A program made the translations under genes and the position numbers. The notes under the pieces are model-generated. The model searched no databases. It was not told the origin of the DNA and was given only the letters and a program-made list of their open reading frames with translations. From Staphylococcus phage Lacachita: a stretch of DNA of 46,473 bases. The first letter of the stretch is position 1. Each line of letters starts with the position of its first letter. Positions 28,314 to 37,144 of the stretch are shown in pieces. The stretch is from the sequence record OP142323.1; one strand, 5' to 3'.

Positions 28314-28799
28314 ATGAGTAACATTTATGAATTAACAGAAAGCTACAAACAAGTATTAGAAGCCATTACCAATGGAGCAGATGATCAAGTATATTTAGAT
28401 ACACTACAATCAATCAATGACAGCATAGAAGATAAAGCAGATGGTTACATGAGAATTATTAAGAATTTAGAAGGCGATAACGAAGCATTAGACAAAGAAA
28501 TTAAAAGGCTTCAAGCAAGAAAGAAAACAAACGAAAATGGCATAAAACGTATGAAAGAAGATTTACAATTAGCAATGGAACAAACAAATAAATTAGCATT
28601 TAAAACGCCATTATTCAGTTATGGTATACAAAACAATGCACCGTCATTAGACAACATAGACACATCTAAAATACCTAAAAAGTATTTTGTAGAACAAGAA
28701 CCTAAATTAGATAAAAAAGCATTGTTAAACGATCTGAAAGAAGGTCAAGAAATAAACGGAGCAACTATAAAACAAACTCAATCATTAAGAGTAAGATAA
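28314..28799 (+). CDS. Siphovirus Gp157-like protein
   Basis: 161-aa coiled-coil protein directly upstream of the ERF gene. Matches the Gp157 family pattern ('TPLFSYGIQNNAPS...EQEPKLDKKAL'). Confidence 0.5.
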   Translation: MSNIYELTESYKQVLEAITNGADDQVYLDTLQSINDSIEDKADGYMRIIKNLEGDNEALDKEIKRLQARKKTNENGIKRMKEDLQLAMEQTNKLAFKTPLFSYGIQNNAPSLDNIDTSKIPKKYFVEQEPKLDKKALLNDLKEGQEINGATIKQTQSLRVR

Positions 28800-28814
28800 T
28801 AGGAGGATTACAAA

Positions 28815-29528
28815 ATGAAAAAATCAGAGAGTATTGTAGAAATAAGTAAAGCATTATCAGAATTTAGAAAAGAAGTTAAACAACCGATGAAAGACGCTAA
28901 CAACCCATTCTTCAAAAGTAAGTACGTTCCGTTGGAGAACGTCGTAGAAGCTATCGACGAAACAGCGCCTAAACATGGATTGTCGTTTACGCAGTGGGCT
29001 TTAAATGATAATAATGGCAACGTAGGAGTTGCAACATTATTATTACATTCAAGTGGCGAATTTATTGAATATGACGCCGTTTATATGAAACCAGAGAAAT
29101 TAACGCCTCAGGGTGCAGGTAGTACAATAAGTTATTTAAAACGTTATGCTTTATCAGCGGTTTTCGGAATTACAAGCGATGTAGACGACGACGCAAACGA
29201 AGCAAGTGGAAATAACAAGCAGAATAATTATCAACAACGCAACAACCAACAAAGACAACAACCTCAAGCAACAAGAACGAATGATAACAAACTGCCAGTG
29301 CAAGACAAAGGAAAGTTATTACTAGCACAACAAAAAGCAACAGACTTAGCAGACGTCATAAACTCTCAAGATGAAGCAGACGGAAACAACCCTATAACAC
29401 AAGAAAAGATACTAAATGGATATGTAAATAAAGTGGGTGCTACTGATTTATCGAAAGCAACAAATGAACAGTTAATTAATATTGTTCAATTGATAGATAA
29501 AAATATAGAAAAGTATAAAAACAAATAA
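28815..29528 (+). CDS. ERF-family single-strand annealing recombinase
   Basis: Motifs 'NPFFKSKYVPLENV' and 'GAGSTISYLKRYALSAVFGITSDVDDDAN' align with P22 Erf. The C-terminus is Gln/Asn-rich. Confidence 0.75.
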   Translation: MKKSESIVEISKALSEFRKEVKQPMKDANNPFFKSKYVPLENVVEAIDETAPKHGLSFTQWALNDNNGNVGVATLLLHSSGEFIEYDAVYMKPEKLTPQGAGSTISYLKRYALSAVFGITSDVDDDANEASGNNKQNNYQQRNNQQRQQPQATRTNDNKLPVQDKGKLLLAQQKATDLADVINSQDEADGNNPITQEKILNGYVNKVGATDLSKATNEQLINIVQLIDKNIEKYKNK

Positions 29529-29646
29529 TCAATTTTAAGGGGGTATTTAGGGGCGTTTATAAAAATAGGTATAATTTATCCTTTTTTACATTTACGCTTT
29601 AAAATACCCCCAAATTTTTAAAAATAAAGGCATATGAGGTAATTAT

Positions 29647-30324
29647 ATGACTGAAGTTTACAAATACAAAGGTAACGGAGACGGAACTTATAACATTCAA
29701 ATAGATAACGTGAAGATACCATTCAAAAATTTAGAAATGTTAACACGTGGCTTAGGAACAGAAGCGGAATTAAAGTTTATTGATCCTGACGACATATCAC
29801 ATAAACAACGTAAACTAATATTTGCATTGCTAGGCGATATTGAAGAACACACAGGCGATCCAGTAGAGTATCGTCGACACAGATTAACATTAGAGTTTAT
29901 GGCTTATAAAAACATAGATGAATTTAGTTTATCTAACTGCAGCATGACAGACGCACGAGAGTTTATAGAGTTTATATTAGCGTTCATATTTAGAAATAAT
30001 ATACCTATCACTTATGACACATCAGACTTACTCAAAGAAGATAAAGCCTATTTATACTATGCAACAATTAATCGTAAGTGCGTTATATGTGGCGAAGAGA
30101 ATGCACAACTTGCACATCACTATCACATCGGTAGAGGTATGAACAGAAACAAAATGGATCATTACGGTTACGAAGTATTAGCTTTGTGCCATAAACACCA
30201 TCGCTTACAACACAACATAGGTATAAGAACGTTTGATAAAAAATACGCTTTAGATAAGTCTTGGATCAAAGTTGATGAGCGATTAAATAAAATGTTGAAA
30301 GGACAAAAATACGAGGAGAATTAA
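29647..30324 (+). CDS. Cys/His-rich putative HNH-motif nuclease
   Basis: 225 aa. 'CVICGEENAQLAHHYHIGRG...CHKHHRLQHN' resembles an HNH/zinc-binding motif. Confidence 0.35.
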   Translation: MTEVYKYKGNGDGTYNIQIDNVKIPFKNLEMLTRGLGTEAELKFIDPDDISHKQRKLIFALLGDIEEHTGDPVEYRRHRLTLEFMAYKNIDEFSLSNCSMTDAREFIEFILAFIFRNNIPITYDTSDLLKEDKAYLYYATINRKCVICGEENAQLAHHYHIGRGMNRNKMDHYGYEVLALCHKHHRLQHNIGIRTFDKKYALDKSWIKVDERLNKMLKGQKYEEN

Positions 30325-30326
30325 TT

Positions 30327-30509
30327 ATGAGAGAGAAAATAGAAGCAGTAATCAATTCTGATTTATCAGGATACGCAATCGAAAAGCATTGTAAAACTGT
30401 ATCGCAAAATACAGTAAGCAGCCTAAGAACAGGTAAATACGAAATAGATAATTTAAGATTTAAAACTTGCGAAGAGTTATCAAAGGTTTATGACGATCTT
30501 ATTAAATGA
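30327..30509 (+). CDS. hypothetical protein (60 aa)
   Basis: Translationally coupled ORF. A UUCG-tetraloop hairpin plus U-tract at 30509-30528 follows it. Confidence 0.3.
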   Translation: MREKIEAVINSDLSGYAIEKHCKTVSQNTVSSLRTGKYEIDNLRFKTCEELSKVYDDLIK

Positions 30510-30537
30510 GTGCTTCGGCACTTTTTATATTCGATAG

Positions 30538-30566
30538 TTTACATTTTATGTTGTAAATGTTAAAAT
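30538..30566 (+). promoter_or_regulatory. early promoter P-A (TTTACA-17-TAAAAT) with embedded TTTACA/TGTAAA inverted repeat
   Basis: -35 at 30538-43 and -10 at 30561-66. The spacer matches the 34802-18 spacer at 14 of 17 positions. Confidence 0.5.
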
Positions 30567-30594
30567 TATTTTAGGTTTTTAAGGAGGAATGATT

Positions 30595-30864
30595 ATGAGT
30601 AATCAAATAACAGTGAATAAAGATTTAATAACAGAAAGCAGAATGAACGGTAATAATAAAATCGTTTATATGTATTTGAAATTATTAAGCAATGGAGGAG
30701 ATCTAGTACCTATACCATTGCAACATATCGCTGACGAATTATTTATAAACGTAAACACTGTGAAATCGTCAATAAAGATTTTAAGAGAGTTTGGATATAT
30801 TAAAGTTCATAAGCAGTTAGGCAATAGAGGAAGTATTTTAAATGCGTACGAAATAGTTAAATAA
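30595..30864 (+). CDS. small HTH DNA-binding protein
   Basis: 89 aa from ATG 30595, 7 nt after AAGGAGGA. An HTH-like segment 'LQHIADELFINVNTVKSSIKIL' is present. Confidence 0.4.
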   Translation: MSNQITVNKDLITESRMNGNNKIVYMYLKLLSNGGDLVPIPLQHIADELFINVNTVKSSIKILREFGYIKVHKQLGNRGSILNAYEIVK

Positions 30865-30877
30865 AGGAGATAAAATT

Positions 30878-31780
30878 ATGAGTAACAAAAGATATTATTG
30901 GTTGAAATTGAAAGAAGATTTTTTCGAAGATGAAACAATAGAATTTATAGAAAGTCAAAAAAACGGTGTGAAGTACGTAAACTTTTATTTAAAATTATTG
31001 CTTAAATCTTTAAAAAATGAAGGTTATTTAATTAGATATATTGGAGAAAAACTTATTCCTTACGATCTTGAAGCACTTTCTCGATTAACCAATTGCGACT
31101 TCGACACTGTTAGAAGTGCAATGGACTTATTCACAGAAATTGGCATAGTTAAAAAAATGGAAAGTGGCGAGATATATTTAACACAAATAAACGAAATGAT
31201 TGGATCAGAAACCAAAAAAGCAGAAAGTATGCGTCGTCTAAGAGCTAAAAGAAGAAAAAACGAGCAAATAAATGAGGGTGGTAACAATGTTACCGGCGAG
31301 TTACCTGAAGTTACTGAACCGTTACTCAAACGTTACACAGAGAAAGAGATAGAGTTAGATAAAGAGTTAGATAAAGAGTTAGATAAAGAGTTAGAGAAAA
31401 GAGATAAGAATTTAGATAAAGAGAACAAGAATGTTAAGAGTAACAGTGAAGATGAAAAAAAAGAAAGCATACCAGTATCAGAAGTATTTATACTGTTACA
31501 AAATGAATATACTAATCAAGTAACGCCAATCAAACTAGAAAGTTTAATACCAGAGATAGAGAAGATCGGGGAAAATGCTACTGACATAATATCTTTAGCT
31601 ATTGACTATGCTAAGAACAAGACAAACAATTTAAATTACCTAGTTAAAATTATTAATAACTGGGCAGATGAGGGTATTAGTACAGTAGAACAAGCTAAAG
31701 AAAAAATAAGCGGTAAACAAAAGAAGAATAACACTAGCTGGATAGATGACGAACTTAACACATTCGGAGGGGACGCCTAA
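30878..31780 (+). CDS. replisome organiser (phage_rep_org_N + DnaD-like C-terminus)
   Basis: The N-terminus 'YYWLKLKEDFFEDETIEFIESQ...FYLKLLLKS' is typical of the phage replisome organiser N domain. A central ELDK repeat is encoded by DNA iterons. The C-terminus is DnaD-like. Confidence 0.7.
   Translation: MSNKRYYWLKLKEDFFEDETIEFIESQKNGVKYVNFYLKLLLKSLKNEGYLIRYIGEKLIPYDLEALSRLTNCDFDTVRSAMDLFTEIGIVKKMESGEIYLTQINEMIGSETKKAESMRRLRAKRRKNEQINEGGNNVTGELPEVTEPLLKRYTEKEIELDKELDKELDKELEKRDKNLDKENKNVKSNSEDEKKESIPVSEVFILLQNEYTNQVTPIKLESLIPEIEKIGENATDIISLAIDYAKNKTNNLNYLVKIINNWADEGISTVEQAKEKISGKQKKNNTSWIDDELNTFGGDA
31353..31412 (+). repeat. 4-5 tandem 12-bp iterons (GAGTTAGATAAA) inside the replisome organiser gene; candidate origin
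   Basis: Three perfect copies and two degenerate copies, flanked by an A-rich region. Confidence 0.5.
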
Positions 31781-32145
31781 TGAGTATGACTAGAAAAGAA
31801 GGTCTTAAAATACTAAAGTTAGTAAGCGACTTATTTGAGATTGACTTTGACGAAAACAAAGGTAATGCTTGGCTAGATATACTAATGCAAAAAGGCGACT
31901 ACGAAGAAACAGTAAAAAATATCAAAAGACGAGCTGTAGACGGTAGCCGCTTCAAACCTAGAATATCTGAAATAGTTATCAAACCAGTTAAAAAGAATGA
32001 TTTTTATAAAAACTATGATGAAACAAAAACACATGCTTATAAAAAGAAAAACGATAAACAATATGCACAAGTTATAAAGAAGTTTGAAATGTTAAGAGAT
32101 AAATTACAAAAAGAGGTTGAAGCAGATGAAGAACAACGTATATAG
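31780..32145 (+). CDS. hypothetical protein (possible helicase-loading accessory)
   Basis: 121-aa basic protein between the organiser and helicase genes, with ATGA coupling. Confidence 0.3.
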   Translation: MSMTRKEGLKILKLVSDLFEIDFDENKGNAWLDILMQKGDYEETVKNIKRRAVDGSRFKPRISEIVIKPVKKNDFYKNYDETKTHAYKKKNDKQYAQVIKKFEMLRDKLQKEVEADEEQRI

Positions 32146-33397
32146 CTTGAATACTGAACAGAGTATATTAGCTAATCTTATACAAGACAGCAGTTTGATT
32201 GACGACTTAAAAATATCGCCTGAAATGTTTCAAGATCAATCAGCTGCTAATGTTTTAAGATTTATCTTAGAACGTGGAGAAGTCAATATACAAGAAATTT
32301 ATCAAAAATCTAGGTCAGATCATTCTTTCATGAGTACGGATATGTTGGGAGCTTTATATAACACCGACGAAGTAACTCGAGTGATGTTTAAAAACGATCA
32401 ACAAGATTTATTAGAACAATACAAAAGCCGACGTGTTCAAGAAATAACGAGAGAATATATTAAAACACCTATGACTAAACAAGAAAGAGAAAACATGCAA
32501 TCCGAAATAGAGAGCGTCAATAACATATCTATGAACGAAGATAATAAGTTAAGTAAACAACTTTTAACTTTTGTTGATGATTTCTTGGACGACAAACCGA
32601 AACAATTCATCAAAACAGGATTGTCGAATGTAGACGCGCAAATATACGGCTTCGAGCCAACACAACTTATTGTCATAGGCGCTAGACCGGGTGCTGGTAA
32701 AACAGCTATCGCGTTAAACATGATGTATAATATAGCTAGGAATGGTTATCCGGTGTCTTTCTTTAGTTTAGAAACAACGGATCAAAAAATACTTAGCAGA
32801 CTTGTTTCTAGCACGTCAGGTGTATCAGGTAATAAAATAGATTTTAAAAATGACTTGAGTGATAAAGAAGTAACTCAAGTAATGAGTGCTATTGATAGAC
32901 TAAGCAATTTAGAAAGTAGCGGTTTTCAAATTATAGATAGTGGGTACGTCACTATGAATGATATAAGACGTGTAGCAAAAGAAAAGCACGACAAGCCTCA
33001 AGTTATATTCATAGACTACTTGCAACTAATCAAAGTTGAGGGTAGCAAAAAGGATAGACGATTAGAGATTGACGAGATAAGCAGAAACTTAAAACTCATT
33101 GCAAAAGAGAATAATTGTGTGATTGTAGCATTGTCACAATTAAGTAGAGGCGTAGAAAGTAGGCAAGATAAAAGACCTACGCTATCTGATCTAAAAGAGT
33201 CGGGCGGTATTGAGCAAGACTCAAATATGGTTATGTTTCTTTACAGAGAGGATTATTACGACACAACATTGCAAGATGATACGACAGGAATATCTGAAAT
33301 AGAACTGAATGTAGCCAAAAACAGAGATGGATCAGTAGGCACAGTATTGCTCAATTTCCATAAATTCACACAAAAATATACAAGTAAGGTTATTTAA
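32117..33397 (+). CDS. dnaB: replicative DNA helicase (DnaB family)
   Basis: Walker A 'GARPGAGKTAIALN', Walker B 'VIFIDYLQLI' and 'LSQLSRGVESRQDKRP' are all present. 426 aa. Confidence 0.85.
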   Translation: MKQMKNNVYSLNTEQSILANLIQDSSLIDDLKISPEMFQDQSAANVLRFILERGEVNIQEIYQKSRSDHSFMSTDMLGALYNTDEVTRVMFKNDQQDLLEQYKSRRVQEITREYIKTPMTKQERENMQSEIESVNNISMNEDNKLSKQLLTFVDDFLDDKPKQFIKTGLSNVDAQIYGFEPTQLIVIGARPGAGKTAIALNMMYNIARNGYPVSFFSLETTDQKILSRLVSSTSGVSGNKIDFKNDLSDKEVTQVMSAIDRLSNLESSGFQIIDSGYVTMNDIRRVAKEKHDKPQVIFIDYLQLIKVEGSKKDRRLEIDEISRNLKLIAKENNCVIVALSQLSRGVESRQDKRPTLSDLKESGGIEQDSNMVMFLYREDYYDTTLQDDTTGISEIELNVAKNRDGSVGTVLLNFHKFTQKYTSKVI

Positions 33398-33398
33398 A

Positions 33399-33659
33399 AT
33401 GTTTAAAACTATTGACGATGAGAAAGCAGCAATTAAAAAACTATATAAAGAAACACAAGATCCCGTTCTAGCAATTCATCTTATCGCATTAGGTAGAAGC
33501 ATAAATGAATTGTTAGAACGTGGAGATTTAATTATTTTTGATATTTTGAACGAAGAAAATTTAAAAAAAGTATTGGATAATATTGATTATGATAAAATAA
33601 ATAAATGGTTAAAACGAAAAGGCTATTTAGAGGACGATACAGACGATTTATTGTTTTGA
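33399..33659 (+). CDS. hypothetical protein
   Basis: 86 aa, coupled to the helicase stop. Confidence 0.3.
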   Translation: MFKTIDDEKAAIKKLYKETQDPVLAIHLIALGRSINELLERGDLIIFDILNEENLKKVLDNIDYDKINKWLKRKGYLEDDTDDLLF

Positions 33660-33738
33660 TGATTAATATATCCGAAAAGTAAAAAATAAACGAAAATGAC
33701 GCCTTAGAATTAAAAATAAAGGCATAGGAGGACTTAAT

Positions 33739-34206
33739 ATGTTGAACAGAGTAGTATTAGTAGGAAGATTGACGAAAGATCCGGAATTTAGAACAACGCA
33801 AAGTGGTGTAGAAGTAACGACATTTACTTTAGCGATCAACAGAAATTTTACAAATGCACAGGGAGAACGTGAAGCAGATTTCATAAACGTTGTAACTTTT
33901 AATAAACAAGCAGTCAATGTAAACAACTATTTGAGCAAAGGAAGTTTGGCAGGTGTAGACGGCCGCTTACAATCTCGTAGTTACGAAAACCAAGAAGGAC
34001 GACGTGTATTCGTTACAGAGGTTGTAGCAGATAACGTTCAATTTTTAGAGCCTAAAGGAAACAACAATCAACAGAACAACCAACAAAATAACGGATACCA
34101 ACAAACAGGACAAGCACAGCAAAACAAACAAACACCTATGGGAGATAATCCATTCGCAAATGCTAACGGTCCAATTGATGTGAGTGATGATGATTTACCT
34201 TTTTAA
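33739..34206 (+). CDS. ssb: single-stranded DNA-binding protein
   Basis: OB-fold N-terminus '[16 protein letters not shown]', a Gln/Asn-rich linker and an acidic 'DDDLPF' tail. Confidence 0.9.
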   Translation: MLNRVVLVGRLTKDPEFRTTQSGVEVTTFTLAINRNFTNAQGEREADFINVVTFNKQAVNVNNYLSKGSLAGVDGRLQSRSYENQEGRRVFVTEVVADNVQFLEPKGNNNQQNNQQNNGYQQTGQAQQNKQTPMGDNPFANANGPIDVSDDDLPF

Positions 34207-34256
34207 ATAAAAATATTATTTTATAAAATATAAAACGAATTAACAGGAGATCTAAA

Positions 34257-34772
34257 ATGATTGAATGGAAACCGATTGAAGGTTATGAAGGAAAATACTA
34301 TATAAACCAATACGGGCAAATAATAAGTCATTACTTTAAAGAGCCTAGAATGTTAAGTATTAAAAGTACAGACAACGAGTATTTAAGAGTAAATCTAACT
34401 CGCAAAGGGAAACGAAAAAGAAGGTCAATACACAGACTTGTTGCTGAAACATTTAAGCCTAATACAACCGGAGAAGATTTGCAGATAAATCACATAGACG
34501 GGGACAAATTTAATAACCATGTAGACAATTTAGAATGGTGTACGTGTAGAGATAATATATCTCACGCTTTCGAAAAAGGATTGAACCAAAACAACAACAG
34601 GATAATATTAACCGATATAGAAACAAATGAAGAGACACACTTTATAAGTCAAAGGAGAGCGAGTGAATACTTAGGACAAAAACAAAACTATATATGCAGA
34701 ATGTTTTCTAAAGGTATAAACATCGTCGAAAGCAAGAACGGTAAAATATACAAAGTAAAGCGGGAAAATTAA
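34257..34772 (+). CDS. free-standing HNH homing endonuclease (NUMOD4 + HNH_3)
   Basis: 'WKPIEGYEGKYYINQYGQI' (NUMOD4) and 'INHIDGDKFNNHVDNLEW' (HNH). Confidence 0.8.
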   Translation: MIEWKPIEGYEGKYYINQYGQIISHYFKEPRMLSIKSTDNEYLRVNLTRKGKRKRRSIHRLVAETFKPNTTGEDLQINHIDGDKFNNHVDNLEWCTCRDNISHAFEKGLNQNNNRIILTDIETNEETHFISQRRASEYLGQKQNYICRMFSKGINIVESKNGKIYKVKREN

Positions 34773-34793
34773 TTCCCGTTTTATTATTATTTT
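34761..34793 (+). terminator. terminator after HNH gene
   Basis: Stem CGGGAA / TTCCCG followed by TTTTATTATTATTTT. Confidence 0.5.
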
Positions 34794-34795
34794 AG

Positions 34796-34824
34796 TTTAC
34801 AATATTTGTTGTAAATGTTACAAT
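34796..34824 (+). promoter_or_regulatory. early promoter P-B (TTTACA-17-TACAAT) with TTTACA/TGTAAA inverted repeat and downstream TTACAAT-GTAT-ATTGTAA palindrome
   Basis: Near-identical to the promoter at 30538-66. An additional palindrome lies at 34817-34838, before the XRE-type gene. Confidence 0.5.
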
Positions 34825-34856
34825 GTATATTGTAAACGATAGAAAGAGGTGGACAA

Positions 34857-35048
34857 ATGTACTTTTACGACGAAGAGGAAATGCGAAACCGTTTGAAAGA
34901 AAAAGGTTTGAGCATTAGAGAATTAAGCAAACGAGTTGATTTGCCATACAATACAGTTTACGCGATATTCAAAGGTCAAAGTAACATAGACGGAGTGAGA
35001 TTGAGAGTTTACAAAAAGATTGTAAATGAATTGTGGAAAGGAGAGTAA
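34857..35048 (+). CDS. XRE-family HTH transcriptional regulator (Cro-like)
   Basis: 'LSIRELSKRVDLPYNTVYAIFKG' is a classic HTH. 63 aa. Confidence 0.5.
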   Translation: MYFYDEEEMRNRLKEKGLSIRELSKRVDLPYNTVYAIFKGQSNIDGVRLRVYKKIVNELWKGE

Positions 35049-35052
35049 GTGT

Positions 35053-35259
35053 ATGGTTAGATTAAGTGATGAATTTTACTTAGTAGATCAAAAGAATAAA
35101 CAACGAAAAATATCTGTAGAGTATTGCAGAGGTTGTGGAGATAGATATTATTTTAGTGGTATTTATGGAACTGAATTTCAAGACATCAGAGAAAAGTACA
35201 CCAAAGATCAAATTCTTAACTTTGCTCAAGTTCACAACTTAGAAATCGAAGAGGTGTAA
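35053..35259 (+). CDS. hypothetical protein (68 aa, CxxC motif)
   Basis: ATG 35053 follows AAGGAGAG. Contains 'CRGCGDRYY'. Confidence 0.3.
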   Translation: MVRLSDEFYLVDQKNKQRKISVEYCRGCGDRYYFSGIYGTEFQDIREKYTKDQILNFAQVHNLEIEEV

Positions 35260-35696
35260 TGATGTTCGAAACAGGTCAATATATCAAATTTAAAATGCAA
35301 GATAAACTTGTTATGGGCGAAATAATGTATATTACCGAAAATTCAGATACCGGAAACATTAATTTTACTGTAGAAACAGATAATGATTTCATCATTGCAG
35401 TAGATCCTAAAGACATTAAAAAAGTTATATTTAGCAAAAATCAATACACATTAATCAAGAATAAACTTAAGCATATCAATTATTACTTATATACATCAGA
35501 TGAGGAGAAAGTTTTCGGCGTGAGTATCGCAAACGATAACTATTATATTTACAACTTAGCTAGCGATAGATATTGGAATCATGAAGTGACTGAAAAAGTC
35601 ATGAATAAAAAACAATATAATAATTTCAAACACAACAATAATCTCTACGAATTGTCAGAGATCAAAGATCAGTCAGACATATTTGATTTTTTATAG
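35259..35696 (+). CDS. hypothetical protein
   Basis: 145 aa with an ATGA overlap. Confidence 0.3.
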   Translation: MMFETGQYIKFKMQDKLVMGEIMYITENSDTGNINFTVETDNDFIIAVDPKDIKKVIFSKNQYTLIKNKLKHINYYLYTSDEEKVFGVSIANDNYYIYNLASDRYWNHEVTEKVMNKKQYNNFKHNNNLYELSEIKDQSDIFDFL

Positions 35697-35706
35697 GAGG
35701 TTAAAT

Positions 35707-35904
35707 ATGGATAAAGAAATCAACTTCGATTACGAGGTAACTTTAAAGATGAGAGTCAAACGTTCGTCTATAGTCAAAAACATAGAAAAAGAAGAGGAAA
35801 AAGAGGACGACTACTGGAGAGAAAGAATAGACAACGACGTATTCAGCGAGGTTATAGAAGATCCTAAAATGGAAATCGAAGATGTAGAGGTAGAAAGAAT
35901 TTAA
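35707..35904 (+). CDS. hypothetical acidic protein
   Basis: ATG 35707 follows TAGGAGG. Confidence 0.3.
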   Translation: MDKEINFDYEVTLKMRVKRSSIVKNIEKEEEKEDDYWRERIDNDVFSEVIEDPKMEIEDVEVERI

Positions 35905-35908
35905 GGAG

Positions 35909-36100
35909 GTGTTATCGTTGGAATTGAACTTACTAGAGCCTGACGATGACATAATTTTTAAATATCCTAAAGGCACGAATTATTTTCCGGGAAAAGTTGT
36001 AGCATTACATTACAATTTCGAAGGGGATATGTATTTAGAACTAAAAGTAGATACAGAAACAGTTTATATAAATAGCGATTATGACATCGTTAAAATTTAG
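35909..36100 (+). CDS. hypothetical protein
   Basis: 63 aa with RBS AAGGAGGTG. The alternative TTG start at 35918 has better spacing. Confidence 0.3.
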   Translation: MLSLELNLLEPDDDIIFKYPKGTNYFPGKVVALHYNFEGDMYLELKVDTETVYINSDYDIVKI

Positions 36101-36112
36101 GAGGATAAACAA

Positions 36113-36394
36113 ATGATTGTATCAAATAAAAAAATAGAAGCATACGAAGGCAATGAGAATTACGACATTATATCTAATCCAAGTCACTATAATGGTAATG
36201 GAGATATTGATTTAATAGAGTTTTGCAGACAACAATTTACAGAAGAAGAATTTAGAGGTGCAATGAAATTTACACAAATGCGATATGCCTTAAGAACAGG
36301 TAGAAAAGATGATGAACTGCAAGAGCAAAAGAAATTGAGAGAATATGCTGATAGAAATATCAAAAGAATAGAGAAAGAAAGAGGTATTGAATAA
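36113..36394 (+). CDS. hypothetical protein
   Basis: 93 aa with RBS TAGGAGGA. Confidence 0.3.
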   Translation: MIVSNKKIEAYEGNENYDIISNPSHYNGNGDIDLIEFCRQQFTEEEFRGAMKFTQMRYALRTGRKDDELQEQKKLREYADRNIKRIEKERGIE

Positions 36395-36882
36395 TGCAGG
36401 TTTATTTAGCAGGAGATATGTTAAGCGAAGGACAACAACTTAGGAGAACATATGAAAAAGAAAGAATAGAAGAATTAGGGTTTAAGGTTTACAACCCTTC
36501 TGATGATAAAAGTATTAACGATAAAAAGAATGCAAAACAGGATAATTTAGCTGAAAGAATAGTCGAGAATGACACCAGAGGTATTTCAGAAAGTCACATT
36601 CTTGTATTTGATTATCTACCTCATGCACAGGGAACACTAACCGAACTAGGTTATGTACAAGCTATATTAAGAGAAATGAAAAGAGAAAGTTTTAAACCGC
36701 CTTTAGTATTTGTTCAATGTACAGACATAAGACAGGGCAACGGACATATACCGACAGAGAGCGACAGATTTGAATTTAGTATAAACCAATATGTATATGG
36801 TGTGATATTAGAAGTCACTGAAGGTAGAGGAATACAAAGTTTTGATGAGATTTTAGAAACATTAAGAGAAATAAAAAATTAA
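36394..36882 (+). CDS. nucleoside 2-deoxyribosyltransferase-like protein
   Basis: An N-terminal 'VYLAGDM' Rossmann-like motif and the overall 160-aa size fit the Nuc_deoxyrib_tr-like fold. Confidence 0.45.
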   Translation: MQVYLAGDMLSEGQQLRRTYEKERIEELGFKVYNPSDDKSINDKKNAKQDNLAERIVENDTRGISESHILVFDYLPHAQGTLTELGYVQAILREMKRESFKPPLVFVQCTDIRQGNGHIPTESDRFEFSINQYVYGVILEVTEGRGIQSFDEILETLREIKN

Positions 36883-36901
36883 ATTATTGGAGGATAAACA
36901 A

Positions 36902-37144
36902 ATGACTAAAAACACATTAAACGATTTGAACAACCACTTATTCGCGCAACTCGAAAGATTAGGAGATGAAGAACTAGCAGGAGATGAGTTGAAAGAAGAG
37001 CTTGAACGTTCTAGGGCTATATCAGACATAGCTAGAAATGTTGTGAGTAACGGCAACCTTATTTTACAAGCGCATAAGTTTAAGGATCAAAGAATAGACA
37101 ATGAAAACCAACTGCCTGAAATGTTAGAGGATAAAAAGAGATGA
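36902..37144 (+). CDS. hypothetical acidic protein
   Basis: ATG 36902 follows TTGGAGGA. Confidence 0.3.
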   Translation: MTKNTLNDLNNHLFAQLERLGDEELAGDELKEELERSRAISDIARNVVSNGNLILQAHKFKDQRIDNENQLPEMLEDKKR

